NCBI GenBank assembly: GCA_965603015.1
Contig: CBFDBJ010000003.1
Location: 8,013 to 72,012 of the forward strand
Origin: an uncultured Alphaproteobacteria bacterium
GTDB lineage: Bacteria; Pseudomonadota; Alphaproteobacteria; M2410
Length of the DNA: 64,000 nt
Direction: 5' to 3'
Positions 9,038-21,643 of the stretch are shown here, piece by piece; position 1 is the stretch's first letter, and the number at the start of each line of letters is the position of its first letter. The notes under the pieces were generated by a model that was given only the letters and a program-made list of their open reading frames with translations, ran no database searches and was not told where the DNA came from. A program made the position numbers and the translations under genes.

Positions 9038-9943
9038 ATGTCCAAATCCTCTTCACATAAGTCGCGGCCGTTCGTCAAAATGCACGGGCTGGGCAATGAT
9101 TTTATCATTATCGATGCCCGCACGGAGCCGTTTGCGCTGGGCGAAGCTGCTGTCCGCCTGCTCGCCGACCGCAAGCTCGGCGTCGGCTGTGATCAGCTCA
9201 TCGTGATGGAACCACGGCGCGGCCAGGGCGACACCTATATGCGGATCTGGAACCCCGATGGCGGCGAGGTCGAGGCCTGCGGCAATGCCACGCGCTGTCT
9301 CGGCCGGATCCTGATGGAGGAAAGCGGCAAGGCCGAAGCCGTCATCGAGACCGTCGCGGGGGATCTGAAGGCAACTTCGGGCGGACCCGGCATTGTCACC
9401 GTCGATATGGTCACCGTTGATATGGGTAGGCCAAAATTCGACTGGCAGGACATCCCCTTGCGCGAGAGCATGGACACGCGGCTGATCGACTATATGGCGG
9501 TGCCGGGGACGGCCTTCGGGCTGACCGGACCGAGCGCCGTCAATATCGGCAATCCGCACTGTGTGTTTTTTGTCGAGGATGTGCACGCGCATGACCTTCA
9601 GGCGCTGGGCCCCGGCATTGAAAATCACATGCTGTTCCCCGAGCGCACCAATGTGGGTTTTGCCGAAGTTCGAGGCGCGGGCAAAATTCGCCTGCGCGTC
9701 TGGGAACGCGGCACCGGAGAGACGCAGGCCTGCGGCACCGGGGCTTGCGCTGCAGCGGTGTGCGCCATGCGCCAGAGCCTGACCGACCGCACGGTTGATG
9801 TCGAGCTCGACGGCGGAACCTTGACCATTGAATGGGATGCGGCCACGGACCATATCTTCATGACCGGCCCCGCGACGCTTGCCTATCGCGGCGAGCTTGC
9901 ACCTGAACTTATTGACGAGCTGCTGAAATTAGCGACCGCATGA
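9038..9943 (+). CDS. dapF: diaminopimelate epimerase
   Basis: N-terminal MHGLGNDFIIID and NPHCVFFVED motifs. 301 aa. Confidence 0.9.
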   Translation: MSKSSSHKSRPFVKMHGLGNDFIIIDARTEPFALGEAAVRLLADRKLGVGCDQLIVMEPRRGQGDTYMRIWNPDGGEVEACGNATRCLGRILMEESGKAEAVIETVAGDLKATSGGPGIVTVDMVTVDMGRPKFDWQDIPLRESMDTRLIDYMAVPGTAFGLTGPSAVNIGNPHCVFFVEDVHAHDLQALGPGIENHMLFPERTNVGFAEVRGAGKIRLRVWERGTGETQACGTGACAAAVCAMRQSLTDRTVDVELDGGTLTIEWDAATDHIFMTGPATLAYRGELAPELIDELLKLATA

Positions 9944-11271
9944 CCGATACCCTTGAAAAATCAGACGAGCTGGTAAAATCAAAGGCGCCGGAGATCGTCA
10001 CCTTTGGTTGCCGCCTCAATGTGTTTGAGGGCGAGGTGATGCGCGGCGCGGCCAAAGAGGCCGGGCTTGAAGGCGCCGTGATCTTCAATACCTGCGCCGT
10101 CACCGCAGAAGCGACCCGTCAGGCGCGTCAGGCCATTCGCCGCATGGCGCGGGAAAACCCGGATACGCAAATTATTGTCACAGGCTGCGCGGCGCAAATC
10201 GCGCCGGAGACGTTTGCCGACATGCCCGAGGTTGCCCGGGTTGTCGGCAATCAGGAGAAACTCAAGGCCGATACCTGGGCCCGCACGATCCCTGAAGGTC
10301 GTAATGCCCAAGGCGCGCTGGTCGAGGTCGACGATATCATGGCGCGCGCCAGCGTTGATGCCTCAATGGTCGAAGGGCTTGAAGGGCGCACCCGCGCTTT
10401 TGTTCAGGTCCAGAACGGCTGCGACCATCGCTGCACGTTTTGCATTATCCCCTATGGCCGGGGGCCGAGCGCCAGCGTGCCGCAAGGCTCGGTTGTCACT
10501 CAGGTGCGCCGTCTGGTTGAGAACGGTTTCAAGGAGGTCGTCCTTACCGGGATTGATATCAACTCCTACGGGCCGGACCTTCCGGGCAGCCCGAGGCTTG
10601 GCCGTCTGGTCGAACAGATCCTGACCCATGTGCCGGAGCTGGAGCGGCTGCGCTTCGGGACGCTCGATCCGGCGGCGATTGATGACAGGTTGTTTGATCT
10701 TCTGGCCTCACATCCCCGGGTCATGCCGAACGCGCATTTTTCCATGCAGGCGGGGCACGACATGATCCTCAAGCGCATGAAGCGGCGTCATTTGCGCGCC
10801 GAAGCTATCGAGCTGTGCAAGGCTCTGAAAAAGGCGCGGCCCGAAATGATGTTCGGGGCTGATTTCATTGCCGGGTTCCCGACCGAAACCGAAGAGATGT
10901 TTGAGGCGAGCCTGGCGCTGGTCGATGACGCGGATCTGACGTTCCTGCATGTCTTCCCCTATTCGGTGCGCGAAGGAACGCCGGCGGCCAAAATGCCCCA
11001 GGTTTCCGGCGACACCATTCGGGCGCGGGCGGCCCGGCTGCGGACAAAGGGCGAAGCGGCCCTGGCGCGCCATCTGACCTCGCAGGTCGGAACCCGTCAA
11101 AGAGTGCTGGTGGAGCGACCGGACTTCGGGCATACGGATCAGTACACCCGCATTCGCCTTGAAGGCGGGGCAACCCCGGGCGCGATTTCAGAGGTTCTGA
11201 TTACCGGGCATGACGGGCACGCGCTCATCGGCGAGACCCGGCCCCTTACAGAAGCAAGACGTCCCTTATGA
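9940..11271 (+). CDS. mtaB: radical-SAM methylthiotransferase, MiaB/RimO family, MtaB-like
   Basis: TFGCRLNVFE MTTase N-domain. Radical SAM motif CDHRCTFCIIPYGRG. C-terminal TRAM region. Conserved dapF-mtaB-ftsY neighbourhood. Confidence 0.85.
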   Translation: MTDTLEKSDELVKSKAPEIVTFGCRLNVFEGEVMRGAAKEAGLEGAVIFNTCAVTAEATRQARQAIRRMARENPDTQIIVTGCAAQIAPETFADMPEVARVVGNQEKLKADTWARTIPEGRNAQGALVEVDDIMARASVDASMVEGLEGRTRAFVQVQNGCDHRCTFCIIPYGRGPSASVPQGSVVTQVRRLVENGFKEVVLTGIDINSYGPDLPGSPRLGRLVEQILTHVPELERLRFGTLDPAAIDDRLFDLLASHPRVMPNAHFSMQAGHDMILKRMKRRHLRAEAIELCKALKKARPEMMFGADFIAGFPTETEEMFEASLALVDDADLTFLHVFPYSVREGTPAAKMPQVSGDTIRARAARLRTKGEAALARHLTSQVGTRQRVLVERPDFGHTDQYTRIRLEGGATPGAISEVLITGHDGHALIGETRPLTEARRPL

Positions 11272-12386
11272 GTGAAGAGCCGACAGAAAAGAAACGGTTT
11301 GGCTGGCTACGCGGCAAGGACAAGGCCGCAGCGGTCGAAACCACCGCGACAACCGAACCGGTTGAAGAGCCGGTTGCGGAGCGTGCCCCTCCCCTTGAGA
11401 CTTCTGACACGGCGGAGCCCGAGGCGCCGAAAAAGAAATCTTTCTTTCAGCGCCTGAAATCCGGCCTCGCCCGATCATCCAGCTCGCTGTCTGAAGGCAT
11501 CACCGGGATTTTCACCAAGGCAAAGCTCGATGCCAGTACACTCGAGGAGCTTGAAGATCTGCTGATCATGACCGACCTCGGCGTCGAGACGGTGACCGCG
11601 ATCACGGCGAAACTGGCAAAGGACCGGTTCGACAAGGAAATCTCCAGCGAAGAGATCAAACAGTTTGTCGCTGATGAAATCACAGCCATCCTTGATCCGC
11701 TGGCCAGGCCGTTTGAGGTCAATGCCTCCCACAAGCCTCACGTGGTCCTGATGGTCGGGGTCAACGGCACCGGCAAAACGACGACACTGGGCAAGATGGC
11801 GGCGCGCGAAATCGCTTCAGGGCATAAAGTGATGATCGCGGCCTGCGATACGTTCCGGGCCGCCGCCACCGAACAACTCAAGGTTTGGGGGGAGCGCTCC
11901 GGTGCGCCGGTGATTTCAGCCGCCCCCGGGGCCGACGCCGCCGGGCTTGCCTTTGACGCGCTGAAAAAGGCCAGGGATGAGAATGTTGACGTTCTGTTTA
12001 TCGATACGGCAGGACGTTTGCAGAACAAGACAGAACTGATGGCGGAACTTGAGAAGATCATCCGCGTGATCAAGAAGCAGGATGAAAGCGCGCCGCACTC
12101 GGTGCTTCTGGTGCTTGATGCCACAACCGGCCAGAACGCGCTCGGCCAGGTTGAAGTCTTCAAGGCGGTCACCGATGTCACCGGCCTTGTCATGACAAAG
12201 CTCGACGGGACGGCCCGCGGCGGCATTCTGGTGGCAGTTGCCGCCAAATATGGCCTGCCGCTGCATGCCATTGGCGTTGGCGAGGATATTGATGACTTCC
12301 AGCCGTTCGAGGCGGCGGCTTTTTCGGCTGCGCTGGTCGGGCTGGACACGGATCTTAACCAGGATGCAATTGACGCCGAGGCATAA
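11268..12386 (+). CDS. ftsY: signal recognition particle receptor FtsY
   Basis: Acidic N-terminal region. NG domain with GVNGTGKTTTLGKMA, DTAGR and TKLDGTARGG. Confidence 0.9.
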   Translation: MSEEPTEKKRFGWLRGKDKAAAVETTATTEPVEEPVAERAPPLETSDTAEPEAPKKKSFFQRLKSGLARSSSSLSEGITGIFTKAKLDASTLEELEDLLIMTDLGVETVTAITAKLAKDRFDKEISSEEIKQFVADEITAILDPLARPFEVNASHKPHVVLMVGVNGTGKTTTLGKMAAREIASGHKVMIAACDTFRAAATEQLKVWGERSGAPVISAAPGADAAGLAFDALKKARDENVDVLFIDTAGRLQNKTELMAELEKIIRVIKKQDESAPHSVLLVLDATTGQNALGQVEVFKAVTDVTGLVMTKLDGTARGGILVAVAAKYGLPLHAIGVGEDIDDFQPFEAAAFSAALVGLDTDLNQDAIDAEA

Positions 12387-12404
12387 TCAGGCCAGGTAGA
12401 GATC

Positions 12405-12432
12405 ACGCCGTTTGGGCGTCTTTGTTTGCAAT
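12405..12432 (+). terminator. possible weak intrinsic terminator after ftsY
   Basis: acgcc-gtttg-ggcgt followed by ctttgtttg. Short stem, so weak. Confidence 0.25.
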
Positions 12433-12452
12433 GAAAGAAGTTCGCAAGGCCC

Positions 12453-13076
12453 ATGACCCAACGTATGCGTACAGCCCTTGATTTCGGACCCTTGCTGGCC
12501 TTTTTGGCTGCTTTTTTGCTGTTTGACATATTTGTTGCCACAGCCGCGGTGATGGTGGCCTCGTTCATCTCGCTGGCGATTCACTACAAGATTACCAGGA
12601 AGATCGCCCCCATTCCCGCCTTTACGTGCGTGGTGATGCTCATCATGGGTGGACTAACACTCTATCTCAGGAACGAAACGTTTTTGATGATGAAGCCGAC
12701 GATCGTCTATGTCTTCATGGGGGCAGGGCTGATTTTCAGCGCCCGGACTGGCAAAAACATTCTTGGCACAGCCATGGGCCCCTATATGAAGATGCCGCCA
12801 GAGGGATGGAAAATCTTTCTGACACGGTTTGGGGTCTTTTGCTTTTTTGCAGCCGGGCTCAACGAAGTCTTGCGTCACCTGGTGCAGATTGAAATTCTAA
12901 CCCTGAAGAATTGGGTCACTTTCAAGGTCTTCGGCTTTACTGCCCTCTTCTTTCTTTTTTCCATGTCGCAGGCGCCGCTTCTGTCGAAGTACCTTGAACT
13001 TGAGGAAGACGAAAGTCAGGACCCCGACACAGCTTTGGCTAGCGCTGAAAATGGAACTGAAACTTCGGGTCAGTGA
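12453..13076 (+). CDS. yciB: intracellular septation protein A (YciB/IspZ family inner membrane protein)
   Basis: 207 aa, 5 TM, YciB-like pattern. Conserved position after ftsY. Confidence 0.8.
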   Translation: MTQRMRTALDFGPLLAFLAAFLLFDIFVATAAVMVASFISLAIHYKITRKIAPIPAFTCVVMLIMGGLTLYLRNETFLMMKPTIVYVFMGAGLIFSARTGKNILGTAMGPYMKMPPEGWKIFLTRFGVFCFFAAGLNEVLRHLVQIEILTLKNWVTFKVFGFTALFFLFSMSQAPLLSKYLELEEDESQDPDTALASAENGTETSGQ

Positions 13077-13626
13077 GATCCGGGTTACCAAAGGGAGCGA
13101 TCACGTCCCTGCCCGCCACTTCCCGGTCATGCACCAGCGCCCAGACGACGGACGGAAAGGCCAGCTCCTGCCAGGGAATGTCCTCATATCTGACGAGATC
13201 GACCTCGAGGCTTTCAAAACCGGGTGAAAGATCCGGGTCAAGCAACCGGGCGCGGTACATCAGCTGGACCTGACTGATGTGGGGCACATCATAAAGTGCC
13301 AGCAAATCGCGGATCGCGATTTGAGCGTTCGCCTCCTCCATGGCCTCACGTTTTGCCCCGTTTTCTGCGGTCTCGCGCTCCTCCAGGAAGCCTGCTGGCA
13401 GGGTCCAGAAACCCTTGCGTGGCTCAATGGCGCGCCGGGCCAGGACAATCTTGTCCTCCCACTGAATCACCGAGCCAACGACAATTTTTGGATTAACGTA
13501 GTGAACCCATCCGCACGTGTCGCAAACCTGACGCTCTTTATCGTCCCCGTCAGGAACTTTCGAAGAGAAATCAAACCCGCGTGTCAGCGGATTGTCCGTG
13601 CCCGCCTTTGTGGTCTTGTCCGCCAT
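13039..13626 (-). CDS. NUDIX hydrolase with N-terminal zinc-ribbon
   Basis: CDTCGWVHYVNP zinc ribbon. Nudix box GFLEERETAENGAKREAMEEANA. Start reset to the internal ATG (MADKTTKAG...) at about 13626. Convergent 38-bp overlap with yciB. Confidence 0.8.
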   Translation of the reverse strand: MADKTTKAGTDNPLTRGFDFSSKVPDGDDKERQVCDTCGWVHYVNPKIVVGSVIQWEDKIVLARRAIEPRKGFWTLPAGFLEERETAENGAKREAMEEANAQIAIRDLLALYDVPHISQVQLMYRARLLDPDLSPGFESLEVDLVRYEDIPWQELAFPSVVWALVHDREVAGRDVIAPFGNPDLTDPKFQFHFQR

Positions 13627-13872
13627 CACTTGTATCTTTCCATAAAGCAAACTATATTGTCCGTGGGTTGACTGTCCGATCACCCCGTTTGTACTTCCAG
13701 TGAGGAAATTCGCATACGAACGGACAAAAAGCGCTTAAAATCAGGAAGTTTTCACCCCCCGATTCATTGCATACGGATAAATTCACGTTATCTTTACCTC
13801 GTTCGAATCAATGTACATCACATGATTACAAACTCTGATAACAACTCTCTCTAACAAACCGAGGAAATTAAA

Positions 13873-14514
13873 ATGGCTGGTCCCAAATTTGATCTGTCTG
13901 ATTCACCTGGCCACCTGCTGCGCCGGGCTCAACAATATTCATTTGATCTCTTTTCGAAAGAGATCGGCAACAGCAGACTGACACCGCGCCAGTTCGCCGT
14001 TCTGCTCACGGTACAACAAAACGAAGGCCTCAGCCAAACGGATCTTGTCAAGCGCACCGGTATTGACCGCTCGACGCTGGCTGACATGATCTCCCGGCTG
14101 ATCAGCCGCAAGCTTCTCTCCCGCACCCGGACCAAGGCCGATGCGCGGGCCAATTCGGTCAAAATCACGGCCTCAGGTGCGAAAGAGCTCTCTTCGCATG
14201 CCGCCAAGGTCAAATCGGCTGAAGCCAAGATCATGGGCCCGCTTGCCGCTTCCAAGCGGAAAGACTTCATGGCCGCGCTGAAGGCTATTGCTGCCGCCGC
14301 TGACGCTCTTGAAGCTGCTGCTGCCAAACCTGCCAAGAAGGCCGCCAAGAAGAAAGCTGCGCCAAAGAAAAAGGCTGCAAAGAAGAAGGTTGCCAAGAAG
14401 AAAACAGCCAAAAAAGCTGCCAAGAAGAAGGCCGCTCCCAAAAAGGCTGCGAAAAAGAAGGCGGCACCAAAGAAAAAGGCTGCAAAGAAGAAAGCTGCCA
14501 AGAAGAAGAGATAG
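13873..14514 (+). CDS. MarR-family transcriptional regulator fused to a histone H1-like Lys/Ala-rich (AKKAA-repeat) C-terminal tail
   Basis: N-terminal 140 aa show the MarR winged-HTH pattern (LTPRQFAVLLTVQQNEGLSQTDLVKRTGIDRSTLADMISRLISRKLLSRTRTKADAR). The last ~65 aa are AKKAAKKKAAPKKKAAKKKVAKKK... repeats. Confidence 0.8.
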   Translation: MAGPKFDLSDSPGHLLRRAQQYSFDLFSKEIGNSRLTPRQFAVLLTVQQNEGLSQTDLVKRTGIDRSTLADMISRLISRKLLSRTRTKADARANSVKITASGAKELSSHAAKVKSAEAKIMGPLAASKRKDFMAALKAIAAAADALEAAAAKPAKKAAKKKAAPKKKAAKKKVAKKKTAKKAAKKKAAPKKAAKKKAAPKKKAAKKKAAKKKR

Positions 14515-14538
14515 CTTTCATTTTAACTGCAAAATTAC

Positions 14539-14570
14539 GGGTCGGAGCTGTCATGCTCCGGCCCTTTTTT
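14539..14570 (+). terminator. rho-independent terminator after the MarR-H1 gene
   Basis: gggtcggagc-tgtcat-gctccggccc stem (1 mismatch) followed by tttttt. Confidence 0.7.
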
Positions 14571-14607
14571 GTTTCCTGCTCTTTTCAACTTCAATGAGGA
14601 AAAGGTG

Positions 14608-15153
14608 CTATTCGCCCCGCGCGGCTTTGACTACGGGCTCGATCTTGCCCACCCAGTCACTCGGCCGCATGGGCCCGACATGTTTGAGAATAATCTCGCC
14701 CTTGCCATTGATGACAAAAGTCTCGGGCACGCCGTAGACACCAAAGTCAATGCCGACGCGGCCCGTCACATCGGCGCCGGTTTTTGTGTAGGGATTGCCC
14801 AGCTCGGTGAGGAACCCCAGGGCATCCTCGGACTTGTCCTTGTAATTGAGCCCATAGATCGGGACCGCCCCTGCCCTTGCCAGTTTCATCAGCACGGGAT
14901 GCTCGGTCCGGCACGGACCGCACCACGACGCCCAGACATTGAGCACAATGACCTCGCCGGTCATTAAATCCTGTCTGGACAACCCGCCATCTTGTCCGGA
15001 CTGAAGACCGGGAACAGCCGACAGGGCAAAATCCGGGGCCGGTTTTCCGATCAGAGCAGAGGGAATGTCCTGCGGGTTACCCTGAAGTCCGACATAGAGG
15101 AGAAGAGCGAGGCCGCCGAACAGCGCGAGCGGGATCATGGACAGCCGCCGCAT
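14608..15153 (-). CDS. ccmG: cytochrome c biogenesis thiol:disulfide oxidoreductase CcmG/DsbE
   Basis: Signal anchor plus thioredoxin motif WASWCGPCRTEHP. Terminal gene of ccmABCDG. Confidence 0.9.
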   Translation of the reverse strand: MRRLSMIPLALFGGLALLLYVGLQGNPQDIPSALIGKPAPDFALSAVPGLQSGQDGGLSRQDLMTGEVIVLNVWASWCGPCRTEHPVLMKLARAGAVPIYGLNYKDKSEDALGFLTELGNPYTKTGADVTGRVGIDFGVYGVPETFVINGKGEIILKHVGPMRPSDWVGKIEPVVKAARGE

Positions 15154-15362
15154 CAGGGCGCCGCATTTGCCTCGGCCGGGTCGGCCGGGTCGGCTTTTTT
15201 GGAATAGACCGGCACGCCCGCCTCCAGGCTGGCGACATCGCGCGAGGCCCGCCGGTAAGCGGCAATACTCTCCAGCGTGAGGCCGATGAGGACCAGAGCG
15301 GAAATGCCGTAGGCGGGCCAGATATAGCCCGCGTAGCCGCCCATGGCGAAGAACTCACTCAT
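15153..15362 (-). CDS. ccmD: heme exporter protein CcmD
   Basis: 69 aa, single TM. Pattern GGYAGYIWPAYGISALVL. Lies between ccmC and ccmG. Confidence 0.8.
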   Translation of the reverse strand: MSEFFAMGGYAGYIWPAYGISALVLIGLTLESIAAYRRASRDVASLEAGVPVYSKKADPADPAEANAAP

Positions 15363-16111
15363 GCTGCACCTGCCTGAACGGCCGCGCGGGCCCGTGAAAG
15401 CTGCAACGAGCGGACCCGTCGCTTCAAAATTTCCGTGCGCATACGAAGCAGCAACAAGGCGACAAAGAGAGCGCCGTAGGCCAGCGCCATGATCGCCAGC
15501 GGCCAGAGCATCGACGAATGAATTGCAGGGCCGTCCATTTTAGCCAGGCTGGTGGGCTGATGCAGCGTGTTCCACCATTCGACCGAAAATTTGATAACCG
15601 GAATATTGACGACACCGACAAGGCACAGAACCGCAGCGGCCTTGGCAGCCTTGACCGGTTCTTCCATGGCCTCCCAGAGGGCCATGTAGCCGATATAAAG
15701 GAAGAACAGCACCAGCACGGACGTAAGCCGCGCGTCCCAGACCCACCATGTGCCCCACATGGGTTTGCCCCAGAGCGAGCCTGTGATCAGCGCCAGCAGC
15801 GTGAACCCGGCACCGATCGGGGCGGCGGCCTTGGCGGCCATATCGGCCAGCGGATGTTTCATGATCAGCGCCACGGCGGAGGATGCGGCCATGAACATAT
15901 AGACCATTGTCGCCATGGAGGCGGCTGGCACATGGATGAACATCATGCGGACGGTCTCGCCCTGCTGATAATCCGGCGGGGCGACGAAAAGCGCCATATA
16001 GAGGCCTGTACCGAGGAGCCCGACCGCGATCACCCAGATCCACGGCAGGAGTTTGGCGGACAGATCCATGAAGCGTTTCGGATTGGCTAATTCAAAATTG
16101 AGCTTAAACAT
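15359..16111 (-). CDS. ccmC: heme exporter protein CcmC
   Basis: 250 aa polytopic membrane protein with the WWxWD-type tryptophan-rich motif (WGTWWVWDARLTS). Confidence 0.9.
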   Translation of the reverse strand: MFKLNFELANPKRFMDLSAKLLPWIWVIAVGLLGTGLYMALFVAPPDYQQGETVRMMFIHVPAASMATMVYMFMAASSAVALIMKHPLADMAAKAAAPIGAGFTLLALITGSLWGKPMWGTWWVWDARLTSVLVLFFLYIGYMALWEAMEEPVKAAKAAAVLCLVGVVNIPVIKFSVEWWNTLHQPTSLAKMDGPAIHSSMLWPLAIMALAYGALFVALLLLRMRTEILKRRVRSLQLSRARAAVQAGAA

Positions 16112-16216
16112 GACACCGGTGTAGCTGTTTTAAAAAGGGTTCGCAACAAGGCATAAGCGCCATCGCCTGAGACCAAACAACGCAGCTGCGACCAGGGCGA
16201 CTGCGGTCAGGGCCGT

Positions 16217-16885
16217 TCAGGTCATATTGAGTTTCAAGGCTGCGCCTGAGGCCAGCGGGGAGACGACGAGGGTCATCAGCGTCACAGCGGCAAGCAGCAT
16301 ATGGCTCGGGCTCCACAACGCCTCGGATTTGGCCGCGGCGACCCCGAAAATCAGCACCGGAACCTGAAGCGGCAGCACCAGCAGGGAAAGCAGGAGGCCG
16401 CCACGCCGCAGACCCACGGTGAGCGACGCGCCGATCGCCCCGATCAGCGACATGGCGGGAGTGCCAACAAGCAGCCCGACCAGCAGCGGACCCAGCAGGC
16501 CGTCGGGCAATTGCAGCAGGATGGCCAGGATCGGGCTGGCGACGATCAGCGGCAGGCCTGTTGTGAGCCAGTGGGCGGTGCATTTGACCAGAACCAGGGC
16601 GCCCCTGGGCAGGGACGAGAGCATCAGCAGGTCGAGGGTGCCATCTTCAAAATCTGCCTGAAACAGCCGGTCGAGCGAAAGCAGCATCGACAGGACGACG
16701 CCGACCCAGATCATACCGGCGGCGATCTTCGACAGAAGCGCACCTTCCGGCCCAACACCAAAGGGAACCATGGACACGACAATAATGAAAAAGATGACCG
16801 CAAGCAGACCACCGCCGCCGATCCGCGCGGACAGGGTAAGATCACGTCTCAGGAGCGCTGTCATGGTGCCGAGGAGTTCAAACAT
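16217..16885 (-). CDS. ccmB: heme exporter permease CcmB
   Basis: 6-TM ABC permease. Start reset to the ATG at about 16885 (MFELLGTMTALLRRDL...), 2 nt after the ccmA stop. Confidence 0.85.
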   Translation of the reverse strand: MFELLGTMTALLRRDLTLSARIGGGGLLAVIFFIIVVSMVPFGVGPEGALLSKIAAGMIWVGVVLSMLLSLDRLFQADFEDGTLDLLMLSSLPRGALVLVKCTAHWLTTGLPLIVASPILAILLQLPDGLLGPLLVGLLVGTPAMSLIGAIGASLTVGLRRGGLLLSLLVLPLQVPVLIFGVAAAKSEALWSPSHMLLAAVTLMTLVVSPLASGAALKLNMT

Positions 16886-17570
16886 TGTTACCCTCCTTTT
16901 GGCCACTCTCCTTTTGACCACTCCGAGGCATTTCCACCGTCAGCGTGCCCTGCACCGAGAGCCGCAGCGACTGAAGCGCCTCGGCCTTCAAACCGATGTC
17001 CACATGGGTGGTGACGAGGAGGGCCCCGCCGGTCTCGCAATGGGTTTTCATCAGGCTCGCGACCAGCGCAACGCCCTCCACATCAAGCGAAACGCTGGGT
17101 TCATCAAGGATCCAGAGCGGCCGGGTGCCGAGCAGAAGTTTTGCCAGACCGAGGCGCTTTTTCTGGCCCGCCGACAGGAACGCGCCCGGCACATCGGCGA
17201 GACCGCCAAGGCCGAGGGTCTGAAGCGCCCGCTCAACATCGCCCGGGACACCGTAGAGCCCGGCCCAGAAGTCGAGATTTTCGCGCACCGTCAGGCTTGG
17301 CTTGACCGCATCAAGATGACCCACATAGTGAAACAGCGACGTGTACTGCTCGTCTTCTTCCGTGATCACCTGTCCCGCCTCATCAAGCCAGCTGAGCGCG
17401 CCCTCCTGATAATCCACCAGCCCGGCGACAACGCGCAGCAGGGTTGATTTGCCCGAGCCGTTGGGGCCACGCAGGATTGAGGCGACGCCGGGATTGAGCT
17501 CGAGAGAAACACTCTCCAGAACATGGCGGCCGCCGCGAAAGCAGGTGATGTCCGACGCAACAAGTTTCAT
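16878..17570 (-). CDS. ccmA: heme ABC exporter ATP-binding protein CcmA
   Basis: Walker A GPNGSGKSTLLR, signature LSAGQKKRLGLA, Walker B ILDEP. Confidence 0.9.
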   Translation of the reverse strand: MKLVASDITCFRGGRHVLESVSLELNPGVASILRGPNGSGKSTLLRVVAGLVDYQEGALSWLDEAGQVITEEDEQYTSLFHYVGHLDAVKPSLTVRENLDFWAGLYGVPGDVERALQTLGLGGLADVPGAFLSAGQKKRLGLAKLLLGTRPLWILDEPSVSLDVEGVALVASLMKTHCETGGALLVTTHVDIGLKAEALQSLRLSVQGTLTVEMPRSGQKESGQKEGNNV

Positions 17571-17585
17571 AAATACTCGATATCT

Positions 17586-18401
17586 CTACTCAAATTTACC
17601 GCCCCGGCCCTTGCCCTTGACGAAACCGCCGACGCCTTCGCGCAGCTGCGGCGAGGCAAGGCTGGCGCGGCCATGTTCAAATTCACGGGCCATGGCCTCG
17701 GGGTAGGCCAGATCCCATTGCTCAATGGCCGACAGGCGGTCGTTGCGCATGCAGTCCTGCGGGAACTTAGCAATGTCTGCAGCCAGTGCAAGGGCCATCT
17801 CCAGTGCGCCGCCCTTTGGCGCGATCCGGTTGGCAAGACCGATGGCAAGGGCTTCTTCGGCTGCGACAGGACGCCCGGTCAAAATCAGATCAAGCGCGCG
17901 CGAGTGACCGATCAGCCGGGGCAGACGCACGGTGCCGCCATCGACCAGCGGCACGCCCCAGCGCCGGCAAAAGATCCCCATGACGGCATCTTCTTCCACG
18001 ACCCGCATATCGCACCACAGCGCCAGCTCCATGCCGCCGGCTACCGCATAGCCCGAGATCGCCGCAATGACCGGCTTGGACAGCACCATGCGGCTTGGAC
18101 CCATGGGGCCCTCCATCAGCCGATCAAAATCCGCGCCGGTCTTTGGTTCTTCAATCGGATTTGAATCGCGGCGTTCACCACTCATCATGGCTTTGAGATC
18201 AGCCCCGGCGCAAAAGGTCTGGTTGGCGCCGTGAAAAACAGCAACCTTCTGGCTGTCATCGGCATCAAAGGCGGTGAAGGCTTCGGCAAGGGCGCGAGCC
18301 GTTGTGCCATTCACCGCATTTTTGACTTCGGGACGGTCGAGGGTGACGATAGTTATGGACCCGCGTTTTTCGCTGCGGACGGATTCAATATTTTCGTTCA
18401 C
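17586..18401 (-). CDS. enoyl-CoA hydratase/isomerase (crotonase) family protein
   Basis: Crotonase fold pattern ITLDRPEVKNAVN...FCAGADLKAM...ISGYAVAGGMELALWCDMRV. Confidence 0.85.
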   Translation of the reverse strand: MNENIESVRSEKRGSITIVTLDRPEVKNAVNGTTARALAEAFTAFDADDSQKVAVFHGANQTFCAGADLKAMMSGERRDSNPIEEPKTGADFDRLMEGPMGPSRMVLSKPVIAAISGYAVAGGMELALWCDMRVVEEDAVMGIFCRRWGVPLVDGGTVRLPRLIGHSRALDLILTGRPVAAEEALAIGLANRIAPKGGALEMALALAADIAKFPQDCMRNDRLSAIEQWDLAYPEAMAREFEHGRASLASPQLREGVGGFVKGKGRGGKFE

Positions 18402-18418
18402 AACTCTGTCCTCACTGT

Positions 18419-18586
18419 TTGTCGTCCCGGCCGTAGCGTAGCGAAGAGCCGGGATCTCAGGGCAAGATCAATCTACACATTCAGACCAGTACCTGTTTCA
18501 AAATCCTGCCCTGAGATCCCCCTCTCGGGTGTGCATAGCACGCCCTGACGGGCAGTGGGGTCGCGCTGCGCTTGCCCGGGACGACA
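18419..18586. repeat. REP-like palindromic element, subfamily B (copy 2, extended with an inner palindrome)
   Basis: Reads tgtttgtcgtcccggccgtagcgtagcgaagagccgggatctcagggcaag ... cctgccctgagatccc ... gcgcttgcccgggacgacaag. Confidence 0.8.
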
Positions 18587-18876
18587 AGAACTGGAATCTG
18601 ATTCTAAAACTGGTTCCATACCCCCAAGGGTTACCCGGTCGTTAACACCGATGGAAGCGCTTTCAGGCCATCGGACTTCCGTGCGACGTTCGGTCCCTGA
18701 CAAATCGCAATAAATCTCAAAAAATCGGGTAAAAACGCAAGAAAATCGAACCGCCGCGATTGTCTATTAAGGCTCACGGGTCTACAAAGGCCTCATCTTC
18801 CCCCGTTGGTGCGCACGCCTCGTGGGAGCGAATTCACCCCGGATAGACACCTAAATCCAAAGCATTCCGGAAGACG

Positions 18877-18894
18877 CCCTCCTCTAAAGGAGGG
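18877..18894 (+). promoter_or_regulatory. hairpin in acnA leader (ccctcct-ctaa-aggaggg)
   Basis: 7-bp perfect stem about 30 nt upstream of the acnA ATG at 18925. Pairs an SD-like AGGAGG with CCUCCU. Confidence 0.3.
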
Positions 18895-18924
18895 CCGCTC
18901 CCGCATATTGAAAGGAACGCACCC

Positions 18925-21615
<2,691 letters not shown>

Positions 21616-21643
21616 GCTAGTTTGATAGATTGAAAATGACGAA

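Noticed and set aside
14280-14515. Highly regular short repeats (aagaag/gccaag periodicity) that could look like a CRISPR or tandem-repeat locus
   Set aside because: The repeats are in-frame coding for the AKKAA tail of the MarR-H1 protein, with period 3 maintained. There are no spacer-like unique inserts.
15077-15358. 93-aa - strand ORF overlapping ccmD/ccmG in another frame
   Set aside because: Out-of-frame overlap within well-supported ccm genes. Arg/Pro-rich shadow ORF.
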